Position numbers and translations under genes: made by a program. A DNA stretch of 64,000 nt from contig CAIVJR010000005.1 in NCBI GenBank assembly GCA_903906305.1, forward strand, positions 6,485 through 70,484. Reading direction: 5' to 3'. The notes under the pieces are model-generated. The model was not told the DNA's origin and made no database searches. It saw nothing but the letters and a program-made list of their open reading frames with translations. Numbering within the stretch: position 1 is the stretch's first letter; every line of letters starts with the position of its first letter. Positions 1-9,471 of this stretch are shown here, one piece after another. Source of the DNA: an uncultured bacterium (GTDB lineage Bacteria; Patescibacteriota; Dojkabacteria; SC72).

Positions 1-120
1 GTAGAGTATACAGTAGATAATGGAAGAGTAAGTATTACTAAAATGAATAAAAACATTGATGATGTTTTATCGGAAGAGCAAGATTTACTAAATAAAGAGC
101 AAAACACATCTACAATATGA
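1..120 (+). CDS. 3' end of an upstream plus-strand gene (partial; product unknown)
   Basis: An open frame enters from the window edge and ends at a TGA at 118-120. A terminator hairpin follows. Confidence 0.3.
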   Translation, partial: VEYTVDNGRVSITKMNKNIDDVLSEEQDLLNKEQNTSTI

Positions 121-178
121 ACTTAAGATCCAGTATCCAACACTCCTGGAGTTCAATCAAATAAAATCTGTTTATCAA

Positions 179-205
179 GACCCTCACACGAGGGTCTTTT
201 TATTT
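179..205. terminator. Rho-independent terminator between convergent genes, probably bidirectional
   Basis: Perfect stem agaccctc/gagggtct with a 4-nt loop, then a T-run on the plus strand. It overlaps the stop codon of the minus-strand recombinase. Confidence 0.55.
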
Positions 206-1541
206 ACTTCAACGGATGATTCTTCCTTACTGTTTCCTCTGCAAACTTCTCACTAGCATGTACATACTTAGTAGTAGTATTTAAACTCTCGTGACCTAAC
301 AGAGCTTGTAAAGCCACAGGACTAGCACCTTGCTCAGCTAAATAAGTAGCAAAACCATGTCTGAGACTATGTGCAGAAGTAGGAATCTGAATACCAAGCT
401 TACGCCTGTATTCAGCAATCTTCTCTTGAAAATAGTTTGTAGAAATCCTCATATCTACTTTTCCATACCGACCACCAGAAAAAGGAATGAACAGAGCAGG
501 GGAGTCGAACTTTTCAAGGAACCCACTCTGCCTGTAACTCTCAACCAAAGAAATATATTTCCTATTCCCTTTATCAAATATCTCCAAATTCAATTCATCT
601 CCAGATGTTTCACGCTCGGTATTCACATCAGCCATTAACTTATCCAAAACTCCTGGTTGTTCCTCCGTATCCTTATTCGTAAACGCATACTTAAGCCTTA
701 CACTCAAATACTTATTCAACCAATCCAAACTTCTTTGTGTCAAATATACCGATCTTTCTTTTTTACCCTTACCAATAATATACATCTTACCCTCAACATT
801 AATATTCTCCAAATCCAAATTGATTAATTCGGATATACGCATACCACTAGCAAACAACATCTCCAACATACATCTATTACGTATCGCGACTCTCTCATCA
901 GACTCAAACTCCAATGGAGATTCAATGAGTGCTGTTAGGTCTTGTAATGATGCAACCTTCTTAACACGCTTCTCAGCCTTCATCATATCAACCGCATCTG
1001 CTGGTAATGGAATTTCTAAATCCCATTTAACTCTAAATTTCAAATATGATCTTACCGATGACAACATACGATTAATACTGTTAACATCCAAACCAGATTT
1101 TTTTCGAGCATTGGTATTCATAGGTCTTTCGAATATTCCAAGCGACCCATACACACGGTTGTACAAGCTCTCCAGGAAACTAACCTCAAATACTTCCTTC
1201 TTCACAGGTGTATTCATGGCTCCCATATCAGTATCGTGGCTTAAATCGTCGCTAGCGGCTTTAGCCCCGGATATTGCCTGTATACCGGCATTCTTGACGA
1301 ATTCCTTCCTTATTCTATCCAAATCCTTCAAATGTTCACCAGCTTTTAGGTATCCCTTGTACATGGAAATGTCTTTCTTAGATACATCCTTAAACTCAAC
1401 TCCGCGGAAATTAATAAAGACAGCAAATATACAAAGATCTCTGGCATAGTTATGGATGGTCAGAGGACTGTAATTACTGTTCTGTAGGTCCATCAAGAAG
1501 TCATCTTGATCTGGTAGCTTAGGGAATACTTTGTCTTTCAT
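204..1541 (-). CDS. Tyrosine site-specific recombinase (XerC/XerD or phage-integrase family) with a long N-terminal and central extension
   Basis: The C-terminal catalytic region reads HSLRHGFATYLAEQGASPVALQALLGHESLNTTTKYVH, which carries the H-x-x-R and terminal Y hallmarks. The upstream RISELINLDLENI block resembles the family's box I. Confidence 0.8.
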   Translation of the reverse strand: MKDKVFPKLPDQDDFLMDLQNSNYSPLTIHNYARDLCIFAVFINFRGVEFKDVSKKDISMYKGYLKAGEHLKDLDRIRKEFVKNAGIQAISGAKAASDDLSHDTDMGAMNTPVKKEVFEVSFLESLYNRVYGSLGIFERPMNTNARKKSGLDVNSINRMLSSVRSYLKFRVKWDLEIPLPADAVDMMKAEKRVKKVASLQDLTALIESPLEFESDERVAIRNRCMLEMLFASGMRISELINLDLENINVEGKMYIIGKGKKERSVYLTQRSLDWLNKYLSVRLKYAFTNKDTEEQPGVLDKLMADVNTERETSGDELNLEIFDKGNRKYISLVESYRQSGFLEKFDSPALFIPFSGGRYGKVDMRISTNYFQEKIAEYRRKLGIQIPTSAHSLRHGFATYLAEQGASPVALQALLGHESLNTTTKYVHASEKFAEETVRKNHPLK

Positions 1542-1998
1542 ATGTTTATGTTACTACAAAAATAATTTTTAACCAATCAGAGTAGGGGGCCAATTTTTTG
1601 ATTTTGAGAGATTATGTAGGAAGAATACGGAATGAGGAAGGAAAGAATAAAAATAAAATAAATATCATATTCAGAGAATCTTAGAAACTAATAAAAAGAG
1701 CTACACAAGAGGACTTTTCCAATTCTCAAGGTACAGGACAGCGTATAAGGGCGATTATACTCGGTCATTAATTCTTGAATTGTAACATATATTTCATCAG
1801 AGTAGAACCCTCTCTTCATATGTATACATTCATTGATAATTGAAGAATTCTTCAAACCCATACTCTATTGATAATTCTTTTTATTCGTGAGAAATGATTA
1901 GCAGAAGGTTATCCACAGTGATTACTATAGGATTGGTGAAACTATGGGCTTCGTGCAACTACAGGGCCTACCCCCTACTCTCATATGTATACCCTTAA

Positions 1999-2823
1999 TT
2001 AACTTGAAATCATATTTAGAATTATTACCGCAAAGAATGCTACAGATAAAAGAATCATAGAGAATATAAAACTAATAGAATTCTTCCTAAAGATCTGTTC
2101 TTGAGTAACCATGCTCACAGCGAAGTAGTATCCTAAGGCTGGAGCTATTGCTGTAAGTTCATGCGTACTACCAGTAAGAAATACCCCTAAGAAAAGAATC
2201 ATCGAAATCGCTGTTGTTAGCAAGGTCTTTCTCCACAACTCCCCCTCCTCCATTCCCATATTTACGTAATGGACTAATGGAACAACAATATATGTTACTA
2301 AGATCATTGGTAATACTATATATATTTGTAAGCTAGATGATAATATACTGAAAGTCAAAAAATATATCATTAGTAGAGAGATCAGATACGAAGAGGTTCT
2401 TCCTACTTGTACTAGTGGGAGTTTCTTAAAGAGATCAACATTGAAAACGTTTGCCATTAGGAAGGATATATATATACCAATGAATATTAATACTAGTAAA
2501 GCTATCAAGATTAGAGATTCATACAAACGTCCAAATTTTTGAAAGAAGAAAATCTCTACAAATACAACCTCCGATAGGACAAAGAGACTTGATTGAAAAA
2601 TATACAAAAGAGACTTAACTTTTATTTGAAAATTGAAAGCCCAAAGCAATCCAACAAACGCAACTACAAAATAGATTGCTCCATCTAAATATATTCTCCA
2701 TGTTGGAAGATCCGCTTGTCTCTGGAGTACTTTCGACAAGAAGATGGCCAAGGTTATAACTGCTGCTATAAATAATAGCTTTCCCCTTTTTTCACTATCT
2801 GTATTTATATCTGTTCTATCCAT
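1999..2823 (-). CDS. Polytopic integral membrane protein, function unknown
   Basis: Several hydrophobic helices span the 274 residues. No recognisable catalytic motif. Confidence 0.5.
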   Translation of the reverse strand: MDRTDINTDSEKRGKLLFIAAVITLAIFLSKVLQRQADLPTWRIYLDGAIYFVVAFVGLLWAFNFQIKVKSLLYIFQSSLFVLSEVVFVEIFFFQKFGRLYESLILIALLVLIFIGIYISFLMANVFNVDLFKKLPLVQVGRTSSYLISLLMIYFLTFSILSSSLQIYIVLPMILVTYIVVPLVHYVNMGMEEGELWRKTLLTTAISMILFLGVFLTGSTHELTAIAPALGYYFAVSMVTQEQIFRKNSISFIFSMILLSVAFFAVIILNMISS

Positions 2824-3847
2824 TTAAATCTTCCAAATATTTTAATCCTTTTTGAGTGATTACTCTACCTCTGGATGTACGCTTTAAATAGCCGCATTTC
2901 ATTAGATATGGCTCATACACATCAGCAACAGTAGAAACATCTTCTGAGAGGGATGCTGCGAGCGTAGAAGCACCAACAGGTCCACCATTGAAGTTGTTAA
3001 GTATTGTATGAAGTATAAGTCGGTCAATATTCTCTAATCCATATTCATCTATATCAAGAAGTTTTAGAGTTTGATTAACTGCATCCATATTTATGGTTGT
3101 ATTTGAACTGTTCTCCATGTAGTCTCTAGTTCGCTTTAATAGTCTTAATCCTATTCTTGCTGTACCACGAGAGCAGTTGGAGAGTTTCTCCAAAGCTTCA
3201 TCCTCTATTCCAATCTTCCAAAGGTTAGCTGCACGCTTTAATATTGATCCCATATCTTCACTGGTAAAGAAATCTAATCTTTGAACCAATCCAAACCTAT
3301 CCCTCATTGGTGAGCTTATCTTTCCTATCTGTGTTGTAGCCCCTATTAATGTGAATGGTTCTAAGCTCAATCGGATAGTCTTAGCTGAGGGACCTTTTCC
3401 CATTACAATATCTAATACACCATCTTCCATAGCTGGGTAAAGAATTTCCTCAACTACTCTGGATAGCCTATGGATTTCATCAATGAAAAGGATATCATTT
3501 CGTTTTAATCCTGTAAGAATAGCTGCAAGGTCTCCTTGTCTTTCTATTGCAGGTCCGGAGGTTATTCTAATACTCCCCCCTATCTCATTAGCTATAGCCA
3601 TCGCAAAGGTTGTCTTTCCCAATCCTGGAGGACCATAGAACAAAATATGATCAACAACTTCCTTTCTTTTTTTTGCAGAGTCAATCATCATCTTTAGAGT
3701 TTTCTTTTCTTGCTCCCTTCCGATCATTTCATCTAGCTTAGATGGTCTAATCTTTTGCTCTTGCTCAAGAATATCTAAGACCTCTTTTTTAGGTGCAATC
3801 TTTTTTACAACAGGTTTCTTTTTTAATTCTGAACTGGATTGTATCAT
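2816..3847 (-). CDS. ruvB: Holliday junction branch migration ATPase RuvB
   Basis: Walker A reads GPPGLGKTT. The AAA+ RuvB-like core and a C-terminal winged-helix region are present, and the gene lies in a ruvA-ruvB arrangement. Confidence 0.95.
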   Translation of the reverse strand: MIQSSSELKKKPVVKKIAPKKEVLDILEQEQKIRPSKLDEMIGREQEKKTLKMMIDSAKKRKEVVDHILFYGPPGLGKTTFAMAIANEIGGSIRITSGPAIERQGDLAAILTGLKRNDILFIDEIHRLSRVVEEILYPAMEDGVLDIVMGKGPSAKTIRLSLEPFTLIGATTQIGKISSPMRDRFGLVQRLDFFTSEDMGSILKRAANLWKIGIEDEALEKLSNCSRGTARIGLRLLKRTRDYMENSSNTTINMDAVNQTLKLLDIDEYGLENIDRLILHTILNNFNGGPVGASTLAASLSEDVSTVADVYEPYLMKCGYLKRTSRGRVITQKGLKYLEDLNG

Positions 3848-4428
3848 TACTCAGATAGTACTTTTTTAATTAATGTTTCTATTTCAATATCTTTGTTCTT
3901 CTTCATAATTTCTTCTCCTTTTTCTAGCTGAGAATTCAATGCTTCTCCTGTAAATCCTAATGCTTTGAGTGCATTTTTCAAATCTTTCATATCATCACTC
4001 TCTTTTGGAGTTTCTTTCTTGAAATCAATCTTCCCTCGTAGTTCCAATATGATCTTCTGGGCGCCCTTACTGCCTAACCCCGGGGTCTTACTTAATCCTG
4101 CATCATCACCATCAATAATCATATTTTCTACTTCCAGTTGTGAGTATGTTGAGAGGATAGCTAAAGCAACTTTTGGTCCTACACCGGATACGGTTAATAG
4201 CTTTTCAAAGAAATCTCGCTCTGATTCTGTTAAGAATCCAAAGAGGGTTTGTGCGTCTTCTCTTACATGGAATGATGTGTACAAAGCTACTGGAGAACCA
4301 TCGTTTACGATATTTATCTTCTTAGTAAGGAACACTCGATATCCTACTCCTGAAGCGGTTAATATATCTACAAATGAGTCTTTGCCTATGAATACTTTGA
4401 GTAGTTTTCCACTAATGTATGAAATCAT
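3847..4428 (-). CDS. ruvA: Holliday junction DNA helicase subunit RuvA
   Basis: About 190 aa, with HhH-like GVGPKVALAIL and GLGSKGAQKI motifs. It sits immediately upstream of ruvB. Confidence 0.9.
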   Translation of the reverse strand: MISYISGKLLKVFIGKDSFVDILTASGVGYRVFLTKKINIVNDGSPVALYTSFHVREDAQTLFGFLTESERDFFEKLLTVSGVGPKVALAILSTYSQLEVENMIIDGDDAGLSKTPGLGSKGAQKIILELRGKIDFKKETPKESDDMKDLKNALKALGFTGEALNSQLEKGEEIMKKNKDIEIETLIKKVLSE

Positions 4429-4447
4429 ATATGTCCATTATACAGTA

Positions 4448-4933
4448 TTAGTATTGTTTCCTCGAGACCAATATTTCGGTAGCTATGGCTATGGCTAAGG
4501 CATCTGCAGCATCATCTGGTTTGGGTATTTCATCTAATTCACATATGGTTTTTACATTCTCTTGTACTTGTCTTTTGTCGGCTTTCCCATATCCGGTTAT
4601 GGCATCTTTTACTTGTAATGGTGTGAATTCTTCTAATGGTATGTTGTGTTGTTGCAGGGTTAGTAATACGACTCCCCTAGCCTCTCCCACTGTTATTGCT
4701 GTCTTGGCATTATTACAGAAGAGTAATGTTTCTACTCCGGCATATTCGGGTTTAAATTTAAGGATTAATTCGTTCAAATCTTTATATATTTCTTCTAATC
4801 TTTGGGATATGGTTAATGTCTTTGCAGTTAGGATAGCTCCATAGTCCACTGGATGTGGTTTATTATCTTCTCCAAAATCAATTATGGCCCATCCAGTTGT
4901 TGCTACTCCTGGATCTATTCCTAGTATTCTCAT
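4448..4933 (-). CDS. ruvC: Crossover junction endodeoxyribonuclease RuvC
   Basis: N-terminal MRILGIDPG motif with the RNase H-like fold signature, 161 aa, adjacent to ruvA. Confidence 0.9.
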   Translation of the reverse strand: MRILGIDPGVATTGWAIIDFGEDNKPHPVDYGAILTAKTLTISQRLEEIYKDLNELILKFKPEYAGVETLLFCNNAKTAITVGEARGVVLLTLQQHNIPLEEFTPLQVKDAITGYGKADKRQVQENVKTICELDEIPKPDDAADALAIAIATEILVSRKQY

Positions 4934-4948
4934 GGGTATATTGTAGCA

Positions 4949-5401
4949 CTAAACCATCATATTCTTCAGCACATCTTTTGCATCGTTGAGACCTTTTGTT
5001 ACCTTATCTCTCTCACCAATAGAAAGAGGCATTTGATCCAGAACAATACACTCGACAGCAGTATACTTATTGAGAACTAATACAGGAATTGGGCTATCTG
5101 AATTTAACCCATCTCTTCCTTCTTGGCAATATAACTCAGTACACCAAAGGTTGTCTCGTACAGATTGATCTGCATAATCTCCCGCTACTAATGTTCTGTC
5201 ATAGTCTACCGGTTCCCTAAGATCAACTAAGATGAAACCCAATATATATCCTACATTTTCAAGTCTTACCAACCCTGCTAATTCAGGAACACAAAGATTT
5301 TCTTGAGGATTGAGCATCGCCGCTTTGAATATTTCGAGCATTCTTTCTCGTCTTACCCTATTTTCGGGTCTTTGCTCTTTCTCATCAACAAATGTGGCCA
5401 T
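4949..5401 (-). CDS. Hypothetical protein
   Basis: A 150-aa ORF with no recognisable motif. It is inserted between ruvC and yebC. Confidence 0.4.
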   Translation of the reverse strand: MATFVDEKEQRPENRVRRERMLEIFKAAMLNPQENLCVPELAGLVRLENVGYILGFILVDLREPVDYDRTLVAGDYADQSVRDNLWCTELYCQEGRDGLNSDSPIPVLVLNKYTAVECIVLDQMPLSIGERDKVTKGLNDAKDVLKNMMV

Positions 5402-5435
5402 ATATATTTAAATAATAAATTATATTTTGCGGTTT

Positions 5436-5981
5436 TTAATCAGGATAATTTTTATATTCGCCCGCTCGGAAAAATCCGGTATGATGTAGGGACGTATTCT
5501 TTGGTTTCAATATGCCATTCCAGTTGTCACTGGCTTTCCCATTTAAAATAATTAAATTTCTTTCTAATATTTCTGCTGAAATACGAGATGCAGAAACTGA
5601 AACGCAAGTAATATATATGCCAGAATCATGCATCAATACCAAAGGACGAGATGACAATCCGTTCTGTTCTCCTTTCACTGCAAATTCTCTTAACAATTTG
5701 TAATCGGGCATACCTTTGACAGGTTTACCAAACACTTGAACAGGATGTTTATACAAAGATGGAGTATACTCAGCAAACAATGTTATGTTCCCGTCTAGAA
5801 CTTGCTCTGCTCCAAAAATCCGCCCAACTACACCCTCTGTCTTAGATCGAAGGTTTATCTCTAATTCATCTGCTGTAGTGCATTCTTCAGGAAGCCACTT
5901 TGTTAAAATCTCCTGTGTGGAAGTAAAAATATGTTGCTCATATTTAGAATCTAAAAATTCGCTTTCTCCTGGTAAAGACAT
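5436..5981 (-). CDS. Hypothetical protein
   Basis: A 181-aa ORF with no recognisable motif. It is co-directional with the neighbouring ORF. Confidence 0.4.
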   Translation of the reverse strand: MSLPGESEFLDSKYEQHIFTSTQEILTKWLPEECTTADELEINLRSKTEGVVGRIFGAEQVLDGNITLFAEYTPSLYKHPVQVFGKPVKGMPDYKLLREFAVKGEQNGLSSRPLVLMHDSGIYITCVSVSASRISAEILERNLIILNGKASDNWNGILKPKNTSLHHTGFFRAGEYKNYPD

Positions 5982-6038
5982 ACATCTACAGTAATAAAAT
6001 TAGTACTGGGCAGTACTATCTTATATATAAACTATATA

Positions 6039-6821
6039 CTAGTAATCTAAGTCTGTCCATACATTCTGGACATCATCATATTCTTCTAATCTCTCTATAG
6101 CATTCTGTGCTTTTTCTAATTCCTCACCTTCTAATTTCTTGTATATCTTAGGTTCTTTAACAATCTCAGCTTCTTTTAATACAAAACCTAATTTACTAAT
6201 ACTATCTCTAACCTGTGCCAATTGATTATATTCTGTATATATTTCAAACCCCTTAACACCATCCATATCTATTTCTAGAATATCCAATATTCCAGGAATA
6301 TCCATAAGCATCATCATCACACCTTCAGATTCATCAGCGACAAATATATCCTCACCACCAAATTTCTCAGATTTTTGCATATGACCAGACTTAACAACAA
6401 TATATCCCTTAGTTTCAAAATTCCAATCAACGGCTCCCTCAGAACCAATATTTCCCCCTATTTGATCAAATATCTGTCTTAATTCAGCAACAGTTCTGTT
6501 CTTGTTATCACTAATAGTATCTACTATTAATTGAATACCGCCAGGGCCAAAACCCTCATAGGATGCTTCTTCAAACACTACTCCACTATCTCCACCACCG
6601 GCACCCTTCTCTATAGCTTTTTCTATTCTGTCCATAGGAAAACTAGCATCTCTGGCCTTATCAATATACAATCTCAAATTAGGATTCATATTTGGATCTC
6701 CCCCGCCCTGTCTAGCAGCATGAGTAATCTGAACGGAAAGTTTAGAGAATGCTTGACCTTTTTTAGCATCATTTAAAGCTTTCTTATGCTTAATCGTATC
6801 CCATTTGGAGTGTCCTGACAT
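6039..6821 (-). CDS. yebC: YebC/PmpR-family DNA-binding transcriptional regulator
   Basis: The N-terminus reads MSGHSKWDTIKHKK, typical of the family. The 260-aa length and the position next to ruv genes fit. Confidence 0.9.
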   Translation of the reverse strand: MSGHSKWDTIKHKKALNDAKKGQAFSKLSVQITHAARQGGGDPNMNPNLRLYIDKARDASFPMDRIEKAIEKGAGGGDSGVVFEEASYEGFGPGGIQLIVDTISDNKNRTVAELRQIFDQIGGNIGSEGAVDWNFETKGYIVVKSGHMQKSEKFGGEDIFVADESEGVMMMLMDIPGILDILEIDMDGVKGFEIYTEYNQLAQVRDSISKLGFVLKEAEIVKEPKIYKKLEGEELEKAQNAIERLEEYDDVQNVWTDLDY

Positions 6822-6877
6822 ATTTATACAATCTATATGAATTTATTTGCTAAACCAATTTTATCACAAATATCCCC

Positions 6878-9430
6878 TTAAATCTTTACTGTATACTTCT
6901 TTTTCTCTTCCTCTTTCTTAGGCTCAACCTTGGGTTCTTCTTTCTTGACTTCTTCCTTTTTAGGTTCAATCCTGGGTTCTTCTCTTCTTTCAACCGGTTT
7001 ATGTTCTTCGTTATTCAAAGGTACTGACCTATTCCCCTTTTCACTGTATGTTTGATTACTCCATTTTTGGATTTTGTCTTCGATAACTTCCCTATCCATA
7101 CCATATTTCTCTCTCGATTTTTCAATGATCTCTTGTTTACAATCAAATTTCTGATACCTAACTGGTAATGATTTTGCACTAAATGGTATTGATGTCATAC
7201 CATCAATACAAAGCTTTACATACATAGCATGGGAATCTAAAGATACTAAGTCGTCTGAAGAAACCACAGGAGCAAATTCTTTTTCCAATATAGAAGCATC
7301 TGATTGACTCACCACAAATGAACCCAAAGTTCCTACATTACCAAAGATAGCCTGCCTTACTGTTAAAGGTAATTGATCGATGTATTGGTTAGTCATTGTA
7401 AGACTTAAGTGATATTTTCTAGCTTCTGAAAGTATCTTTGCAAAAGAATCTGTCGCAAAATTCTGGAATTCATCAACATACAAGAAGAAATCTTTTCTCT
7501 CTGATTCTGGCATATCGACTCTTTCCATCGCGGTAGCTTGCAATCTTGTAATGATCATTCCTCCTAAGAGTGCAGCAGTTTCCTCTCCTAATCTTCCTTG
7601 TGCAAGATTAACCAAAAGAATCTTTCGGTTATCCATTATCTCTCGCAAATCTATAGTTGATTTAACCTGTCCAATGATATTTCTAGTAACTGCAGAAGAT
7701 ATGAATCTTCCAACTTTGTTTTGAATAGGTGCTACTGCCTCTGCAAGTAATCTCGGATTCTGGGACATCTGAGCAAATTCTTCTGTCCAAAACTTGTAAA
7801 GAATTGGGTCATTTACCTGTTTCAATATGAACTTTCTGTAGCTATTGTCTATTAACATCCTAGTCACTGCTAGCAACGTAGTTCCTTGAGCTTCTAAAGC
7901 GGTAGCTATTGTATTAACAAGAATATATTGAAGTCTTGGTCCCCATGAATCACCAAATTGTTTTTTAAATACTTCTACTACCCCATCAGCTATCAAATCT
8001 CTCTGAGATTTATCCTTAAGTTCTAAAAGATTGAAGCCCACAGGATGGTCTACATCGGTAGGGTTAAAGTAAATTACATCATCTATACGATTGGGCGGAA
8101 TATGATCTAGAAGATCCTCTACAGTGTCTCCGTGAGGGTCTACAAAGCAGGCTCCATCTCCGGCCAATATGTCAGAAATGAACATATTCTTAAAGACTGT
8201 AGATTTACCCACACCGGTTTTACCTAAAAGATAGAAATGGCGTGCACGATCAGCTTTCTTTAAACCAAATTGCACCATAGCTCCTCTGTAGTCTGTTTCT
8301 CCAAAGATAGTTACATCACCGTCCTTTGCAGTTGGCATATTCATAGGTGGTTCAAGCTTTCGAGATCTACTCCATGCAATGTTTGGTGTTTCTACAGAGA
8401 TATTTGGTAAGTGATACAAAGAAGCTAGCTCTTCAATATTTAATATATCTGGTTCATCCGCATCCATATGTCTGATTACATATTCATCATATATTTCCTT
8501 CCCTGTTTTAGTAGGTTTAGAATGTATGAAGTTATTGAGATGTGCAGTAGTAAATTGTTTGAAACTTGCAGTGACATCTCGAAGAATTTGTTCGGATCTT
8601 TCTTGAGTTTCAGCTTTGGTAACCACACGAATCTTAACCTCAAAACCGAGTTTAAGCATTTTAGTTTCAATCTCTTTCAACTCTTCTTCCTGCCCTGGTT
8701 CAAGTTTAACAACCTCTTTTTTTGCAGGACTGGATTCACTTGTAGAAAGAGTATTTCCTAACTTTACCAATCCGCTGACAATTCGACTAAAGATAGTTTC
8801 TCCATTAATATTTTTGCCCTCTTTTATAGCGGTAATATATTTCTTTGAATCTTTTTGCCAAAAGTTTGAAACTGGTCTAATGACTATCTGTAACCATGCT
8901 TTCTCCCCCTTTGAGAGGTCAGACATAGCTCCCGTAATTGCTGCAAGTGGGTCTACTTCAAAATTTCTAAATGTCTTAATTGGGAATATGGAATCTTTCT
9001 CCATTTCAATCTCTCCGCATGTTACAAAGGTATCATCATTTCCGTTAGCTCGTGTGGCATAGTCTTCAACATAGCTAATATCCGCATTTGGATACTGAGC
9101 ATACATCTGTCCTTCTACAAACTTTGCGAGATGTTTTGGCGTAACAATGTAGAAACGAATACCATCGTCATCACTGGAGATAATTTCAAAACTGATAATG
9201 TCCTCCCCCCTTACCAAATCTCCTAGAATTCCATGTACTGAAGCAAACATCTGTTCTGCTGCTAATGCTGATTTGTCGTTTTCTCGAGGAACCAAAACTT
9301 GCAGTACCAAAGGACTTCTAATATCTTCAAAAACTGATTGTTCTACTTTGTTCGCTTTGCTTCCCCAAATCAATATAAAGGCAACAAAGGCCCCAGCAAA
9401 GATTAAAAGTATTAACATGGCTGCAATCAT
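6878..9430 (-). CDS. Membrane-anchored P-loop ATPase of the FtsK/HerA/VirD4 (type IV coupling protein-like) superfamily, with a Lys/Glu-rich repetitive C-terminal tail
   Basis: An N-terminal TM helix is followed by a Walker A (GKTGVGKST) and the downstream motif CFVDPHGD, which is typical of TraG/VirD4/HerA ATPases. The C-terminus carries EPKKEE/VKKEEPKVEPKKEE repeats. Confidence 0.6.
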   Translation of the reverse strand: MIAAMLILLIFAGAFVAFILIWGSKANKVEQSVFEDIRSPLVLQVLVPRENDKSALAAEQMFASVHGILGDLVRGEDIISFEIISSDDDGIRFYIVTPKHLAKFVEGQMYAQYPNADISYVEDYATRANGNDDTFVTCGEIEMEKDSIFPIKTFRNFEVDPLAAITGAMSDLSKGEKAWLQIVIRPVSNFWQKDSKKYITAIKEGKNINGETIFSRIVSGLVKLGNTLSTSESSPAKKEVVKLEPGQEEELKEIETKMLKLGFEVKIRVVTKAETQERSEQILRDVTASFKQFTTAHLNNFIHSKPTKTGKEIYDEYVIRHMDADEPDILNIEELASLYHLPNISVETPNIAWSRSRKLEPPMNMPTAKDGDVTIFGETDYRGAMVQFGLKKADRARHFYLLGKTGVGKSTVFKNMFISDILAGDGACFVDPHGDTVEDLLDHIPPNRIDDVIYFNPTDVDHPVGFNLLELKDKSQRDLIADGVVEVFKKQFGDSWGPRLQYILVNTIATALEAQGTTLLAVTRMLIDNSYRKFILKQVNDPILYKFWTEEFAQMSQNPRLLAEAVAPIQNKVGRFISSAVTRNIIGQVKSTIDLREIMDNRKILLVNLAQGRLGEETAALLGGMIITRLQATAMERVDMPESERKDFFLYVDEFQNFATDSFAKILSEARKYHLSLTMTNQYIDQLPLTVRQAIFGNVGTLGSFVVSQSDASILEKEFAPVVSSDDLVSLDSHAMYVKLCIDGMTSIPFSAKSLPVRYQKFDCKQEIIEKSREKYGMDREVIEDKIQKWSNQTYSEKGNRSVPLNNEEHKPVERREEPRIEPKKEEVKKEEPKVEPKKEEEKKKYTVKI

Positions 9431-9471
9431 ATGGAAATTTTAGAGGAAAACACGTATTTAAGCAAATATTT

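Noticed and set aside
357-1449. Plus-strand ORFs of 93 and 209 aa inside the recombinase gene
   Set aside because: They are antisense to a well-supported tyrosine recombinase CDS, their composition is low-complexity and Ser/Leu-rich, and they have no motifs. They are shadow ORFs.
1925-1990. Possible tRNA-like sequence (GGGCTTCGTGCAACTACAGGGCCTACCCCC) next to the recombinase
   Set aside because: No T-loop (GTTCRANYC) or anticodon-arm geometry could be folded, so it is not a tRNA or tRNA fragment by inspection.
3965-4844. Plus-strand ORFs of 177 and 119 aa overlapping ruvA and ruvC
   Set aside because: They are antisense to conserved ruvA and ruvC, so they are shadow ORFs.
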